DNA of 64,000 nucleotides from Phycisphaerae bacterium (GCA_050115495.1 JASFQK010000005.1:96001-160000); one strand, 5' to 3'; counted from the stretch's first letter, positions 18,061 through 28,393 are shown. Numbers and translations are program-made. The notes: a model not told the origin generated them from the sequence alone.

Positions 18061-20688
18061 TCACACTCCCGCCAGCTGCTCGCGCAGCGCACGATAATCC
18101 GTCTTCCCCGTCCCCAGCACCGGGATCGACTCGAGCTGCACGACGCGACTGACATTGTGCAGCGCCGACAGCCCCGCCGCTCGAATGCGTGCATTGGCCT
18201 CGCTGCGTTCGACCGGCCGCACCGTGAACAGAACCAATTCCGGCCGCTCTTCGTCCGGCGTCGCGGCGACGGCCAGGACCGGCCCCTCGTCATCGTCGCG
18301 CACGTAGTGCTCTTCGAGCAGCGCCTCGATCGCCGGCAACGACACCATTTCGCCGCCGAGCTTCACGAAGCGCTTCAACCGCCCGCGGAACGTCAGCACA
18401 CCGGTTTCGTCGGCGCTGACCAAGTCGCCCGTACGATACCACTGCCGGCCAGCGAACTCGACGAACGGCGACGCCGCATCCTGCCCCAGGTAGCCACCGA
18501 ACACGCTCGGCCCGCGCACCAGCAGCATCCCCGGCGTCCCCACCAGCACCTCGCGCCCGGCCTCCTCGTCCACGATCACGTACTCCACCGACGGCAACAC
18601 CCGCCCGATCGTCAGCGGCTGCGCGTCTTCCTCGCAATTGACCGACACGATCGGCGAACACTCCGTCACGCCGTAGCCTTCGAGGATCTTCGACCCGGGG
18701 CAGCGCTCCCGCAGCGCCGCGTACGTCCGCTCCGGGCATTTCTCCGCCCCGGTGACCGCCAGCCGCAGCGAGGCAAGCTGCTCCCCGCGGGCCGCCCGCA
18801 CGATCCCCGCGAGAAACGTCGGTGTGCCCAGCATCAGGGTTGCCTTGTACGTCTCGATCAGCCGGGCGAGCACCCAGGCCTCCGTAGGGTTCGCGTGATG
18901 CACCGTGCGAATGCCGCCGAGCAGCGGCGCCAGCAGCGTCACCGTCAGCCCGAACGAGTGGAACGGCGGCAGGAACCCGAGCATGCGGTCACTCTCGCGG
19001 ATCGTCACCACCTGGAGGACGTCGCGCAGGTTCGTCAGGATGTTCTCGTGGCTCAGCGGCACCGCCTTGGGCACCGTCTCCGAACCACTGGTCACGAGGA
19101 TCGCCGCTGTGTCCGGCACGCGTGCCGCCCGTAGCGAGCGCCAGCTCAGATGAGCGCCGAGCCACGCCCGCAACCTGGCCAATCGCCCGATCCGTCGGCC
19201 GATGTCTTCGAGGAAGTCGAGGTGCTCCGTCAGTCCCGACAGGTCCACCCCCTGCGACGCCAGCCGTGCGACGAGCGCCCGCGCCGTGACCACGCGCTCT
19301 ACACTCGTCACCTCGAGCGCGTGCAGCATGTTCCGCGTTCCGGTCGTCCAGTTCACCAGCACGGGCACTTTACCGGCCAACAGCGTCGTCATGTACAGCA
19401 CGTCCGCCGCCACCGACGCCGGCAGCATGATCCCCAGGTGCTCGCCCGGCAGCTTCGCGATCTCCGGCCGCAGGGCCAGGATCGCCGTCACGATGTCCCG
19501 GTACGACTTCGCCCCGCTCGTCTGATCCGCAACGACCAGCTTCGCCGGCGATCGCCGCGCCTGCGCCAGGAAGACCTCGGCGACGGTTCGCCCCGGCGGT
19601 ATGTCGACCCCCGCCGGGCTGCCGTCGGCGAGCCACTTCGCCGGCGGCGGTCGCAGCTCCACCGGGCGTGTCACCACCGCCTCGCCCCGGGCGGCCAGCA
19701 TCACATCCGCCACGGTCACCAGCGCGTCCACGTCGCCGACGGAGAAACCGAACTCCTGCGCCAGCCAGAGCACGATCTCCGCTTTGCTGAGACTATCCAG
19801 ACCCAAATCCTCGGCGAGGCGGTCCTGGTCATCCACGGTTTCGACGCCGGCCGCCTCGCGCAAGTGCGCCCGGACGAGTTCGCGCGTCCCCTCGGGAACG
19901 CTCGACACGTCACCGCCGCGCCGTTCCAGGTCCGGCTCGGGCATCTCGCGCACGCCGCCGCGCTCCCAGATCGTGTAGGGCACGTACAGCGCGGGCGGGG
20001 CGTCCTCGTTGTAGTAGCTTTCGAGAAAGGCGTTCAGCTCCGCTCGACCCGCCGACCGCGGGAACGCTTCCGGCTCGTACAGCTCGAACTCGACCTCTCG
20101 CCGGGGAGCGAAGAAGATGAAGCTCTTCAGCAAGCCGATGGCCGCCCGGCGCACGCATTGCGCGACGTTGGGCACGTGCCCGCTGGCGAGGCCGAAGCTG
20201 CTACCCCACAAACCGCGCATCCGCACCAGCACGACGCGGACGTCAGGCAACTGGCGCAGGATGGTCTCGACGGCGCTGTTTCCGCGCAGATCCTCGTAGC
20301 GTGTGCGGTACACGTGCCCCGAGGGGTAGAGCACGAGGTTCTCCCCCCGGCGGAGCCCCTCCACGCACTCCGCGATGGTTGCTTTGACCTCCGCCCGAGC
20401 CGCTGGCCCTTCGGTGCGCACGTCGGAAATCGGGCGCACGCCCATCCGCCGAGCCAGTCGACGAATGAAGAACCGGTCGACCTGGTCCTTGTCGGCCAGC
20501 GCCCGCGGCGCAAAGTCCCCGTGCAGGTGGGCCATCACGATGATCGGGTCGATGTACGCCGGGTGGTTGGGTAGAAAGAGGATGCCGCGGTCGCCTCGTC
20601 GGTGGACGGCGTCGAGCCCGCGAACGCGCACGCGGTACCGCAAGCTCAGCATCAGCTTGACCCAGATCCGCAGCAGTGCGTTGATCAT
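18061..20688 (-). CDS. Acyltransferase (PlsC)-ACP-AMP-binding fusion (Aas-like)
   Basis: NHPAYIDP, YPSG; ACP motif DLGLDSL; TSGSETVPKAV, EGYGVTECSP, YRTGD, RLKRFVKLGGEMVS, LGTGKTDY. Confidence 0.88.
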   Translation of the reverse strand: MINALLRIWVKLMLSLRYRVRVRGLDAVHRRGDRGILFLPNHPAYIDPIIVMAHLHGDFAPRALADKDQVDRFFIRRLARRMGVRPISDVRTEGPAARAEVKATIAECVEGLRRGENLVLYPSGHVYRTRYEDLRGNSAVETILRQLPDVRVVLVRMRGLWGSSFGLASGHVPNVAQCVRRAAIGLLKSFIFFAPRREVEFELYEPEAFPRSAGRAELNAFLESYYNEDAPPALYVPYTIWERGGVREMPEPDLERRGGDVSSVPEGTRELVRAHLREAAGVETVDDQDRLAEDLGLDSLSKAEIVLWLAQEFGFSVGDVDALVTVADVMLAARGEAVVTRPVELRPPPAKWLADGSPAGVDIPPGRTVAEVFLAQARRSPAKLVVADQTSGAKSYRDIVTAILALRPEIAKLPGEHLGIMLPASVAADVLYMTTLLAGKVPVLVNWTTGTRNMLHALEVTSVERVVTARALVARLASQGVDLSGLTEHLDFLEDIGRRIGRLARLRAWLGAHLSWRSLRAARVPDTAAILVTSGSETVPKAVPLSHENILTNLRDVLQVVTIRESDRMLGFLPPFHSFGLTVTLLAPLLGGIRTVHHANPTEAWVLARLIETYKATLMLGTPTFLAGIVRAARGEQLASLRLAVTGAEKCPERTYAALRERCPGSKILEGYGVTECSPIVSVNCEEDAQPLTIGRVLPSVEYVIVDEEAGREVLVGTPGMLLVRGPSVFGGYLGQDAASPFVEFAGRQWYRTGDLVSADETGVLTFRGRLKRFVKLGGEMVSLPAIEALLEEHYVRDDDEGPVLAVAATPDEERPELVLFTVRPVERSEANARIRAAGLSALHNVSRVVQLESIPVLGTGKTDYRALREQLAGV

Positions 20689-21083
20689 GCCACCCTCTCC
20701 GGCCTCGCGTGTTCGACCGCGCTCCGCAGGCATCATACCGACGAGGCGGCCGGCGGTGGCGAGACCTGGCCCCCCAGATGGACGGCCGGAGCGCCAAAGC
20801 CGTCCGCGTCAGTAGGAATGGGGACGTAATCGCGTCATCCGACTCTCGCCGTCTCAAAGCATCGGGAGAACCAGTCATTCAAACTCCGGTTTTAAACGAC
20901 GAGCATAGCCCTTGTGTCAAAAGACGTTATGACGCAGCGCTCGATGCGGCCGCAACCAAAGCCGGTGCCAAACTTGACCGGAGCACCATTATAGATGAGA
21001 CTACACGTAGTTCTTCACATTTCGCGGTCAACCCAAATCGGTGGATCGGGCACGGATGGAGGGCGTAGGTCGTCTGCGGGGGC

Positions 21084-21144
21084 GGCCGGCTGCCCCTTTG
21101 GCTGACGTTCCGGGGGCGTCACCAAAGGAGCGGTCGGTCTTTTT
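21084..21144 (+). terminator. Long G-U-containing hairpin plus U5 on the + strand, with no + strand gene upstream
   Basis: GGCCGGCTGCCCCTTTGGCTGACG pairs with CGTCACCAAAGGAGCGGTCGGTC (3 G-U pairs), followed by TTTTT. Confidence 0.55.
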
Positions 21145-21242
21145 CAATCCCGTCAAAGAGCTGCGAACTGCATCGCCGCCGGCGCTAGCTTTGCGCCGCC
21201 GTCCGCCGAACATCAGTTGTCGAAGGAAGATCCCCCGCTGCG

Positions 21243-22496
21243 TCAGCCGCTGGCTGCCTGGATCAGGTTGCCAATGATGCTCAGCGCCGCCACCGCGCCC
21301 AGCACGATCGCCACCAGCGTGCGCCCGTCCATCCCGCCGGAGTCACCGGACGCCCGCCGGTCATGCAGCTCGCCGCCGTTCTCACCGAATACGACCTCGC
21401 CGTTGGAGAGCGTGTCCAGATCCAGGCCGCTGAGGTTGCGCTGGGCGTACTGCGGTGGCTCACCCCGCGCCAACTGGGCCAGGTCGGTGAGCAACTCGCT
21501 GGCCGAGGGGTAGCGCTGCTCGCGGTCCTTGGCCATCAGCATCTCGATCAGCGCCCCGCAGCCCGAGCTCAACCGCGTGTTCAGGTGGTCCGGCGGCGTC
21601 AGCGGCACCTTGAGGTGCTTGTGCATGACCGCCGACGGGGTCGGTCCCTCGAACGGCACGCGCCCCGTCACCATGTGGTAGAACGTTGCCCCCAGGGAGT
21701 AGAGGTCCGCCCGGTGGTCGATGTCGACCTCGCCACGGATCTGCTCGGGACTGATGTAATACGGTGTACCATAGGCTCGCCCGGCCTCGGCCATCGCCGC
21801 CGCCACGTCCGACGTCTCGCGAGCCAGACCCATGTCAGCGAGCTTGGCCACGCGGTCCTTGGTCAGCATGATGTTCTTGGGCTTGACGTCGCGGTGGATG
21901 ATGCCGCGCTCGTGGGCGTGCAGCAGGGCCTGGGCCGTCTGCCGGATAATGTCGATGGCCTCGGCCTCGTCGTAGACCTTGTCCGTCGCCAACTCGTCGT
22001 AAACGGTGCAGCCCTCGACGAACTCCATGACGAAGTAGTGGAAGCCGGCCGCCTCGCCGACGTCGATGGCCTGCACGATGTTATTGTGGTTGAGCTGCGC
22101 GGCCGCCCGCCCCTCGCGGTAGAAGCGCTCGACGAACTCCTTGTTCCGGCTCAGCCGCTTCGGCAGCACCTTCACCGCCACGATGCGGTTCAGGCTGATC
22201 TGCCGGGCTTTATAAACGACGGCCATCGCCCCCGCCCCGCATTTTCGGATGAGCTGGTAGCCGGGGATCTGCTGGGCCGGGCGGCCGCCGGAATCGTCGT
22301 TGGTCCCCTGGAGGCGATCGAGCTGCGTCCGTGTCAGAAACCCCAAATCAATCAGGACTTCCGCGATCGGACGCTGGTTACCGGTCGCAGAAAGCCGGCG
22401 TTGGTGCTCCACCGCCGTCCGTGACTCCTGCTCGGTCACCAGACGGCGTTCTACCGCCAACCGGCAAATTTGGCTATCTTCCGGCGTGTCTGCCAC
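21243..22496 (-). CDS. Ser/Thr protein kinase with C-terminal TM
   Basis: GAGAMAVVYKA, VAVKVL, HRDVKPKN, DMGLA, GTPYYISPEQ, DLYSLG. Confidence 0.93.
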   Translation of the reverse strand: MADTPEDSQICRLAVERRLVTEQESRTAVEHQRRLSATGNQRPIAEVLIDLGFLTRTQLDRLQGTNDDSGGRPAQQIPGYQLIRKCGAGAMAVVYKARQISLNRIVAVKVLPKRLSRNKEFVERFYREGRAAAQLNHNNIVQAIDVGEAAGFHYFVMEFVEGCTVYDELATDKVYDEAEAIDIIRQTAQALLHAHERGIIHRDVKPKNIMLTKDRVAKLADMGLARETSDVAAAMAEAGRAYGTPYYISPEQIRGEVDIDHRADLYSLGATFYHMVTGRVPFEGPTPSAVMHKHLKVPLTPPDHLNTRLSSGCGALIEMLMAKDREQRYPSASELLTDLAQLARGEPPQYAQRNLSGLDLDTLSNGEVVFGENGGELHDRRASGDSGGMDGRTLVAIVLGAVAALSIIGNLIQAASG

Positions 22497-22615
22497 TGGG
22501 ACTACCTATTATAGGCGAGGACGGCCGACGCTCTCACGGCTCGTCTGAGCGTCGAATTTTACGCAGCCGCTTCGCCGGATTCAAACGGCCGAGGGCGCTT
22601 CCCGGGAAAGACACC

Positions 22616-24877
22616 ATGCGGGCCGCTGACCAATTAATTGTAGGATGCCGACAACTGTTTCGCTTCTGGCTGCCGGTTCTGATGCTGGCCCCGCTGCTGA
22701 CCGGGCCTGCTCGCGCCGCCGACCCGCCTGCCGTCACCGACGAGAGTGTCGACGCCGCCATCCGGCGGGCGATCACCTGGATCAAGACACAACGCACCAA
22801 CAACAACTGGGAAGAGCACGAGAACCGCGACGATCTCTTCTATGGCGGATCGAGCGCGCTGGCCAACCTCGCCCTGCTCTACGCCGGTGAGGATCCGCGC
22901 ACCGACTTCATGACCGCCTCGCTGGACTGGCTCGCGGCCCAGACGCTCAACGGCACGTACACGTACGGCGTCCGCGCTCACGCCCTGGCGCTCGTGCCCG
23001 GCACGAAGTACCAAAGCCGCCTCCAGTCCGACCTCGAGTGGCTCACCGGCAACGTTAACCCCGCCAACTCGCGCGCTCCCGGATCGTATGGATACCGCGG
23101 GGCCGAGGACCGCTGGGACAACTCCAACAGCCAGTACGGCGTCCTCGGCACGTGGATGGCCACCGACGCCGGCCTCACCGCCACCGACGCCTACTGGGAA
23201 CTGGTCGGCAGCCACTGGCTACGCACGCAGGCCGCCGACGGCGGCTGGGGCTATCAGGAAGGCTATCCCAGCACCGGCAGCATGACCGCTGCCGGCCTGG
23301 CCACGCTCTTCGTCGTCCTCGACCGCCTCTACACGAACCGCCCCGCCGACGCCGCCAGCGTCACGGCCGCCATCTCGTCCGGTCTCAACTGGCTCGGCCG
23401 CGAGTTCACGCCGGAGAATCCGTTCGGCGACAAGCAGTGGCTGTTCTACTACCTCTACGGCGTGGAGCGTGTGGGCCGAGCCAGCGGCTACAAGTACTTC
23501 CGCCAGCGCGACTGGTTCCGCGAAGGCGCCGCCTTCCTCCTCAGCGAGCAGCAGCCCGAAGGGCACTGGCGCGGCACCGGCGAGTACATGAGCGACCTGC
23601 GCAACACGTGCTTCGCCCTCATGTTCTTCTGCCACGGCCGGGCCCCGCTGCTGTGCAATAAGCTCGAACACGGGCCCGACTGGAACCGGCAGCTCCGCGA
23701 CGCCGCCGGCCTCACCCACTACGCGCAGCACGCCCTCGAGCGCCTGCTCAACTGGCAGATCGTCCGCCTCGACGGTTCGCTCGACGACCTGCTCGAAGCT
23801 CCCATCCTTCTCCTCACCGGCCGGGAAGCCTGGGAGTTCGACGACGTCGAGGTGCAGAAGATCCGTGAGTACTGCCTGCGCGGCGGCCTCGTGCTCGCCG
23901 TCTCCGGCGGCGAGAGCTTTCTGAACTCGATGCGCACTCTCGCCGAACGCGCCTTCCCCGACTTCCGCCTCCGCCCACTGACCAGCGAGCACCCGCTCTT
24001 CAGCGGCGAGGTCCAGTTCCCGATCGAGCGGCCCCCGCGCATGTCCCAGATCCACAACGGCCTGCGCGCCCTCATGCTCATTTGCGAGGAAGACCTGGCT
24101 GCCTCGTGGCACCGGGGCCGGGGCCACCGCGAGTACTTCCAGCTCGGCTGCAACCTGTACAACTACGCCACCGACAAGACCAACGTCCGCAGCCGCCTGC
24201 AAACGACGACCATCCCGGTGGAGCAGGTCGAGGTCACCCGCAAGATCTCCATCGCCCTTATCCGCTACGACGGTGCCTGGAACGTCGAGCCCTACGGCTG
24301 GACGCGTCTCAAGGCCTACCTCAACAACAAAACCGCCACTCGCCTCCTGGTCACCTCCGGTCTGGCCCTCGACGCCCCCGAGCTCAAGGACTTCAAGATC
24401 GCCTACATCACCGGCCTCGACGCCCACGAATTCACCGAGGCCGAACGCGAGGGCCTCAAGGCTTTCCTCCGCGGCGGCGGCACGCTGCTGGCCGACACCA
24501 CCGGCGGCCACGGCGAGTTCGACAAATCCCTCTCCGCCTGCTGCGCCGAGATCCTCAGGGTCGAGCCCCGCCGCCTGCCCGCCGATTCGTATGTCCTCAC
24601 CGGCGAGGGCATTCCCGACGCTGTGAGTATCACCGACGTCGGCTACACGCGCGTCGCCCGCGGCACGCGTGGTAACGCTCCGCCGATCTACGCCTTCGAC
24701 GTCGGCCGCCGACTGTCGGTCATCTACTCGCCGCTGGACATCAGCGCCGGCCTGCTGGGCACGCACGTCTACGATCGGCGAGGGTACGACGCCGACAGCG
24801 CCCTGAGCGTGATGCGCAACCTCCTGCTCTACGCCGACCTGCCCACTCGGGAGAAGTCCAAGCTCTCCCGTGAGTAG
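22616..24877 (+). CDS. Secreted prenyltransferase-like alpha-barrel + two DUF4159 domains protein
   Basis: Signal peptide, VDAAIRRAITWIK, WDNSNSQYGVLG, QAADGGWGY, YYLYGVERVG. Two modules ending YCLRGGLVL and FLRGGGTLLAD. Confidence 0.75.
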   Translation: MRAADQLIVGCRQLFRFWLPVLMLAPLLTGPARAADPPAVTDESVDAAIRRAITWIKTQRTNNNWEEHENRDDLFYGGSSALANLALLYAGEDPRTDFMTASLDWLAAQTLNGTYTYGVRAHALALVPGTKYQSRLQSDLEWLTGNVNPANSRAPGSYGYRGAEDRWDNSNSQYGVLGTWMATDAGLTATDAYWELVGSHWLRTQAADGGWGYQEGYPSTGSMTAAGLATLFVVLDRLYTNRPADAASVTAAISSGLNWLGREFTPENPFGDKQWLFYYLYGVERVGRASGYKYFRQRDWFREGAAFLLSEQQPEGHWRGTGEYMSDLRNTCFALMFFCHGRAPLLCNKLEHGPDWNRQLRDAAGLTHYAQHALERLLNWQIVRLDGSLDDLLEAPILLLTGREAWEFDDVEVQKIREYCLRGGLVLAVSGGESFLNSMRTLAERAFPDFRLRPLTSEHPLFSGEVQFPIERPPRMSQIHNGLRALMLICEEDLAASWHRGRGHREYFQLGCNLYNYATDKTNVRSRLQTTTIPVEQVEVTRKISIALIRYDGAWNVEPYGWTRLKAYLNNKTATRLLVTSGLALDAPELKDFKIAYITGLDAHEFTEAEREGLKAFLRGGGTLLADTTGGHGEFDKSLSACCAEILRVEPRRLPADSYVLTGEGIPDAVSITDVGYTRVARGTRGNAPPIYAFDVGRRLSVIYSPLDISAGLLGTHVYDRRGYDADSALSVMRNLLLYADLPTREKSKLSRE

Positions 24878-24990
24878 CGACCGCGGGTCAACTCGGACGC
24901 AGGACGCGGCGCGCGACTGATAAACGTTCGCGAGAGAGCCCGCCACCGAAACCATTTGCCTTGCCGGCTGATGGTTCTCAAGCTTCCTGT

Positions 24991-25782
24991 ATGATCAACC
25001 CGCTCGCAGCCAACATGTACCGAGCCCAGACACAGTTCCAGAAGAACGTCCTGGAGCAACAGGGGACGCTCTACCGTCTGGCGACCGGGCGGCGCATCAA
25101 CGCCGGCCAGGACGATCCCGCCGGTCTGATCAGCGCCACAGAGCTGGACGCCCACATCGCCGCCCTCGATGCCGAGAGCCGGTCGATCGAGCGCGTACAG
25201 GCCAACGCCAACGTCGTCGACGGGAACCTGTCCCAGCTCTCCGGCATGATGACAGAATTGCGCGGACTCCTGGTGTCCAGCGGCAACACCGGGGCGATGA
25301 GCGACGACGAACTGGCGGCGAACCAGTTGCAGATCGACAGCTTGGTCGGCAGCATCCAGCGGTTCACAGAGGACGCCGTCGACAGCCTCGACGGCATCAG
25401 CCTGCCGGACGGTAACGACACCCTGGTCGACAGCCTGCGCAACGCAGCGGCCAGCGTCTCCTCGTTGACCAGCAGCGGCGAGAACCACCTCGCCAGCGGC
25501 AACTTCGAGGCGGCCGAGGAGGCGCTATCCACAGCGGCAACCACCGTCGCCGAGGCGCGGGGCCTCGTCGGCGCGTACCAGAAGGACACGCTGGAGACAC
25601 GGGGGCGTTCGCTGGCGGTCGAGCGAGAGAATCTGCTCGCCGCCCACAGTCAGATCATGGATGCTGACTACGCCGAGGAGACCAGCAACATGGCCCGGGC
25701 GGATGTGCTGGCGACAGCCAGCGCCTACGCGTTGCGGGTCGCCAACCAGACTGCGGCGACAACACTGAGCCTGCTTTCGTAG
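24991..25782 (+). CDS. Short flagellin-family protein
   Basis: RLATGRRINAGQDDPAGL, ARGLVGAYQ, ENLLAAHSQIMDADYAEETSN, AN...LSLL. Confidence 0.85.
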   Translation: MINPLAANMYRAQTQFQKNVLEQQGTLYRLATGRRINAGQDDPAGLISATELDAHIAALDAESRSIERVQANANVVDGNLSQLSGMMTELRGLLVSSGNTGAMSDDELAANQLQIDSLVGSIQRFTEDAVDSLDGISLPDGNDTLVDSLRNAAASVSSLTSSGENHLASGNFEAAEEALSTAATTVAEARGLVGAYQKDTLETRGRSLAVERENLLAAHSQIMDADYAEETSNMARADVLATASAYALRVANQTAATTLSLLS

Positions 25783-25825
25783 AGCAACGGGAGAGGGTTC
25801 TACCCGCACTCGACCAAAGGTCGGG

Positions 25826-25857
25826 ACGGCCGGCAGGGACGCCGGCCGTGTTCTTTT
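25826..25857 (+). terminator. Intrinsic terminator after flagellin
   Basis: ACGGCCGGC-agggac-GCCGGCCGT-GTTCTTTT. Confidence 0.7.
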
Positions 25858-27683
25858 CATCCCTCGGGATAGACGCCCAGGGCGTGGTTCCACTCGCGCA
25901 GGCGGCGGATGCGCTCGTCGCGGTCTGCGGGCAGACGCAACGGCCGGCCGCGGGTGTCCACAATCAGGCCGGCCACCCCGCCGGTAATCTCGCGTTCAAC
26001 CGGGCGACCCGTTCCGGCACCGACGTCAAACCGCCGCGCCGGGCGAACGGTGACCGTCGCCGACTGCTCCGCCGCCAGCGGAATCCGGACGAGCTGCCCG
26101 ACGGTCAGCTCGTGCGAGGTGTGCTGCCCGCCGCTGCGCACGTCGATCGACACGCAGGGCCGGCCGTCGCGATCGGTCCCGCGCGGTGCCAGGCACCAGC
26201 CCAGCCGCACCAGGCAGTCCTTGCGGAACACGTCAAGCGCCGCCTGCTCATTCACGGTGCTCAACACCCCCAACTGCGGCATCATGAAGATCGAATCGAC
26301 GGTCAGCTCCGTGAAGCCCTCCGGCTGGAAGGCGTCCAGCATCATCAGCGCGGCCTGCACGCGGCGGGGACTGTGCGAGAGCACACCGCCCGAGCCGACC
26401 AGCATGTCCAGGCCCATCATGTCGACGAGCGACTCCTCCGCCCGCTCCTGCCGGAAAGCGTCGGCCATGCTCCGGCTGCGCCGCACACCCTTCAACCCGA
26501 CGGCCATCTGCTTGTGCTGGTCGAAGGCGAGCCGCAGCGCCTCGCGGCAGACGGCCTGCTCGATCATGAGATCCTCGAGCGTCTGCGGAATCGTCGTCGG
26601 ACGGATCATCTTGTTGCGGATGCGGTTCCGCACGTCGCGCTCGTCCAGCTCGAGCGGCACCCAGCGCACAACGTTCTCGAAACCGGCGTCCGCCACGACC
26701 TGCGAGATCGAGTAGCTCATCCCCAGGTTGGCCGAGACCGTGCGATTGAACACCGGCTCGCTCGTCGGCTCGGCCGCATCCGCCCGGAACACGGAGAACA
26801 CGTCCGTCGTCGCCCCACCGATATCCACGCCGGCGAGCTGTATTCCCTCGTGCCGGGCGATCTGCTGCATGATGAGCCCCACCGCTCCGGGCGTGGGCAT
26901 CAGCGGCGTGGTGGTCCAGGTCATCAGCTTGGCGTAGCCCGGAGCCTGCTTCATGACGTGTTCGAGGAACAGGTCGTGGATGCGGTCGCGGGCCGGCTGG
27001 AGGTTCTCGTAGTCCAGCGTCGGCCGGATGTTGTCCGTCACCGACAGCGCCACCCGCCGCCCGAGGATCTCCTCCACCTCGACCCGGGCCTGCTGGTTAC
27101 CGGCGAAGATCACCGGCAACTGAAACCCCGCCCCGAACCGCGGCCGTGGGTCCGCCGCCGCGACCAGCTCGGCCATCTCGACCACGTGCTTGATCGTGCC
27201 GCCGTCGGTCCCGCCGGTAATGAGGATCATGTCCGGCCGCACGCGCCGGATGCGCTCGATCCGCTCGTGGTTGAGGCGTTGGTCGTTCGTGGCCAGCGTG
27301 TCCATGACAATCGCCCCCGCCCCGAGCGCCGCCCGGGCCGCGGACTCGGCGGTCATGTTCCGCACCACGCCGGCGACCATGAGCTGCAACCCCCCACCCG
27401 CCGACGACGTGCCGACATACGCGTCGCAGCCGTTTTCCCCCTCCCGCGGCGACCAGATCCCGCCGTCACGCAGGAATCGCCGACCGGTCAGGTCCTCGAT
27501 CTCGGCGACGGCGTTCACGACACCGCGGGTGACGTCCTCGGCCGGCGCTTCGACCGTCGTCGGCGCTTCGCCGCGGGCGATCAGCCGGAACACGCCGTCG
27601 GTCTTCTCGATCAGAATGGCCTTGGTCGTGGTGGAGCCGCAGTCGGTGGCGAGGATCGTCCGAAGTTGGGGAGCGTCGGGCAT
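25857..27683 (-). CDS. Glutamate mutase L (GlmL-like, actin-like ATPase)
   Basis: TDCGSTTTKA, SSAGGGL, AALGAGA, ITGGTDGG, LMPTPGAV, VDIGGATTDVFS, RTVSANLGMSYS, DTRGRP. Confidence 0.82.
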   Translation of the reverse strand: MPDAPQLRTILATDCGSTTTKAILIEKTDGVFRLIARGEAPTTVEAPAEDVTRGVVNAVAEIEDLTGRRFLRDGGIWSPREGENGCDAYVGTSSAGGGLQLMVAGVVRNMTAESAARAALGAGAIVMDTLATNDQRLNHERIERIRRVRPDMILITGGTDGGTIKHVVEMAELVAAADPRPRFGAGFQLPVIFAGNQQARVEVEEILGRRVALSVTDNIRPTLDYENLQPARDRIHDLFLEHVMKQAPGYAKLMTWTTTPLMPTPGAVGLIMQQIARHEGIQLAGVDIGGATTDVFSVFRADAAEPTSEPVFNRTVSANLGMSYSISQVVADAGFENVVRWVPLELDERDVRNRIRNKMIRPTTIPQTLEDLMIEQAVCREALRLAFDQHKQMAVGLKGVRRSRSMADAFRQERAEESLVDMMGLDMLVGSGGVLSHSPRRVQAALMMLDAFQPEGFTELTVDSIFMMPQLGVLSTVNEQAALDVFRKDCLVRLGWCLAPRGTDRDGRPCVSIDVRSGGQHTSHELTVGQLVRIPLAAEQSATVTVRPARRFDVGAGTGRPVEREITGGVAGLIVDTRGRPLRLPADRDERIRRLREWNHALGVYPEG

Positions 27684-27856
27684 CGGCGGTTCCAGGGATC
27701 TACGGCGTACCGGCCACATCATAAAGGACAGGGAATTGGGCGTTAAGAGCGGGGACTGCCGGTGATAACCGTGACGCTGGTTTGTAATGGTGTCGCCGGA
27801 GCGGTTGGCGTATGTTGATGTAGGAGGCATCAGGGTAAACTTGCGGGGTGCGCGTC

Positions 27857-28393
27857 ATGAAAACGCGGATTGGTCCAGGGTACCTTAAGGACGACCGGCC
27901 GGCGGGCGACGAGGACAACTGGACGCCGCTGGGCGGCGTGGTGCGGGCGGCGATAGTCGGAACGGTTGTCGCGCTGGTCCTCGCTGCTCTGACCGCGCCG
28001 ATCGTCTGGTATGTGCCGCCCATCATCATGCACTGGGCCGTGCGGTCCGGGCTGGCGTTTGTGCTGGCCTGGGTGCTCTTCGGCGTCACGCAGAAGACGG
28101 CCGGGTTCGTCGGCTGGCCGGTGTCGGGCCTGGCGATTCTGCTCGTGGTGGCCGTGCTGTTATCGCACCACGTCGTCATTGCATTGCACATCTGGCAGGC
28201 GAGCGCCCTGGCCGGACCGCCGACCGGGCTGATGTATTCGAACTGGCTCAGTCTCCCATACATCCTGCTGCTCAACGCGACGGCGTTCGTCACGCTGGGC
28301 ATGTGCACGTGGATGTTCCACAGCGGCGACAACGGCGGATTCGCCGCGCTGACGGAGTTCTTCACGCTGCCTGTGCGCGGGAGCCGGCGATAG
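27857..28393 (+). CDS. Hypothetical membrane protein (~4 TM)
   Basis: Hydrophobic segments; fills the gap before lpxB on the same strand. Confidence 0.65.
   Translation: MKTRIGPGYLKDDRPAGDEDNWTPLGGVVRAAIVGTVVALVLAALTAPIVWYVPPIIMHWAVRSGLAFVLAWVLFGVTQKTAGFVGWPVSGLAILLVVAVLLSHHVVIALHIWQASALAGPPTGLMYSNWLSLPYILLLNATAFVTLGMCTWMFHSGDNGGFAALTEFFTLPVRGSRR

Noticed and set aside
24900..24990. Sigma28 promoter for the flagellin
   Set aside because: The best match, CGAA-N16-GCTGATGG, is too degenerate to call.
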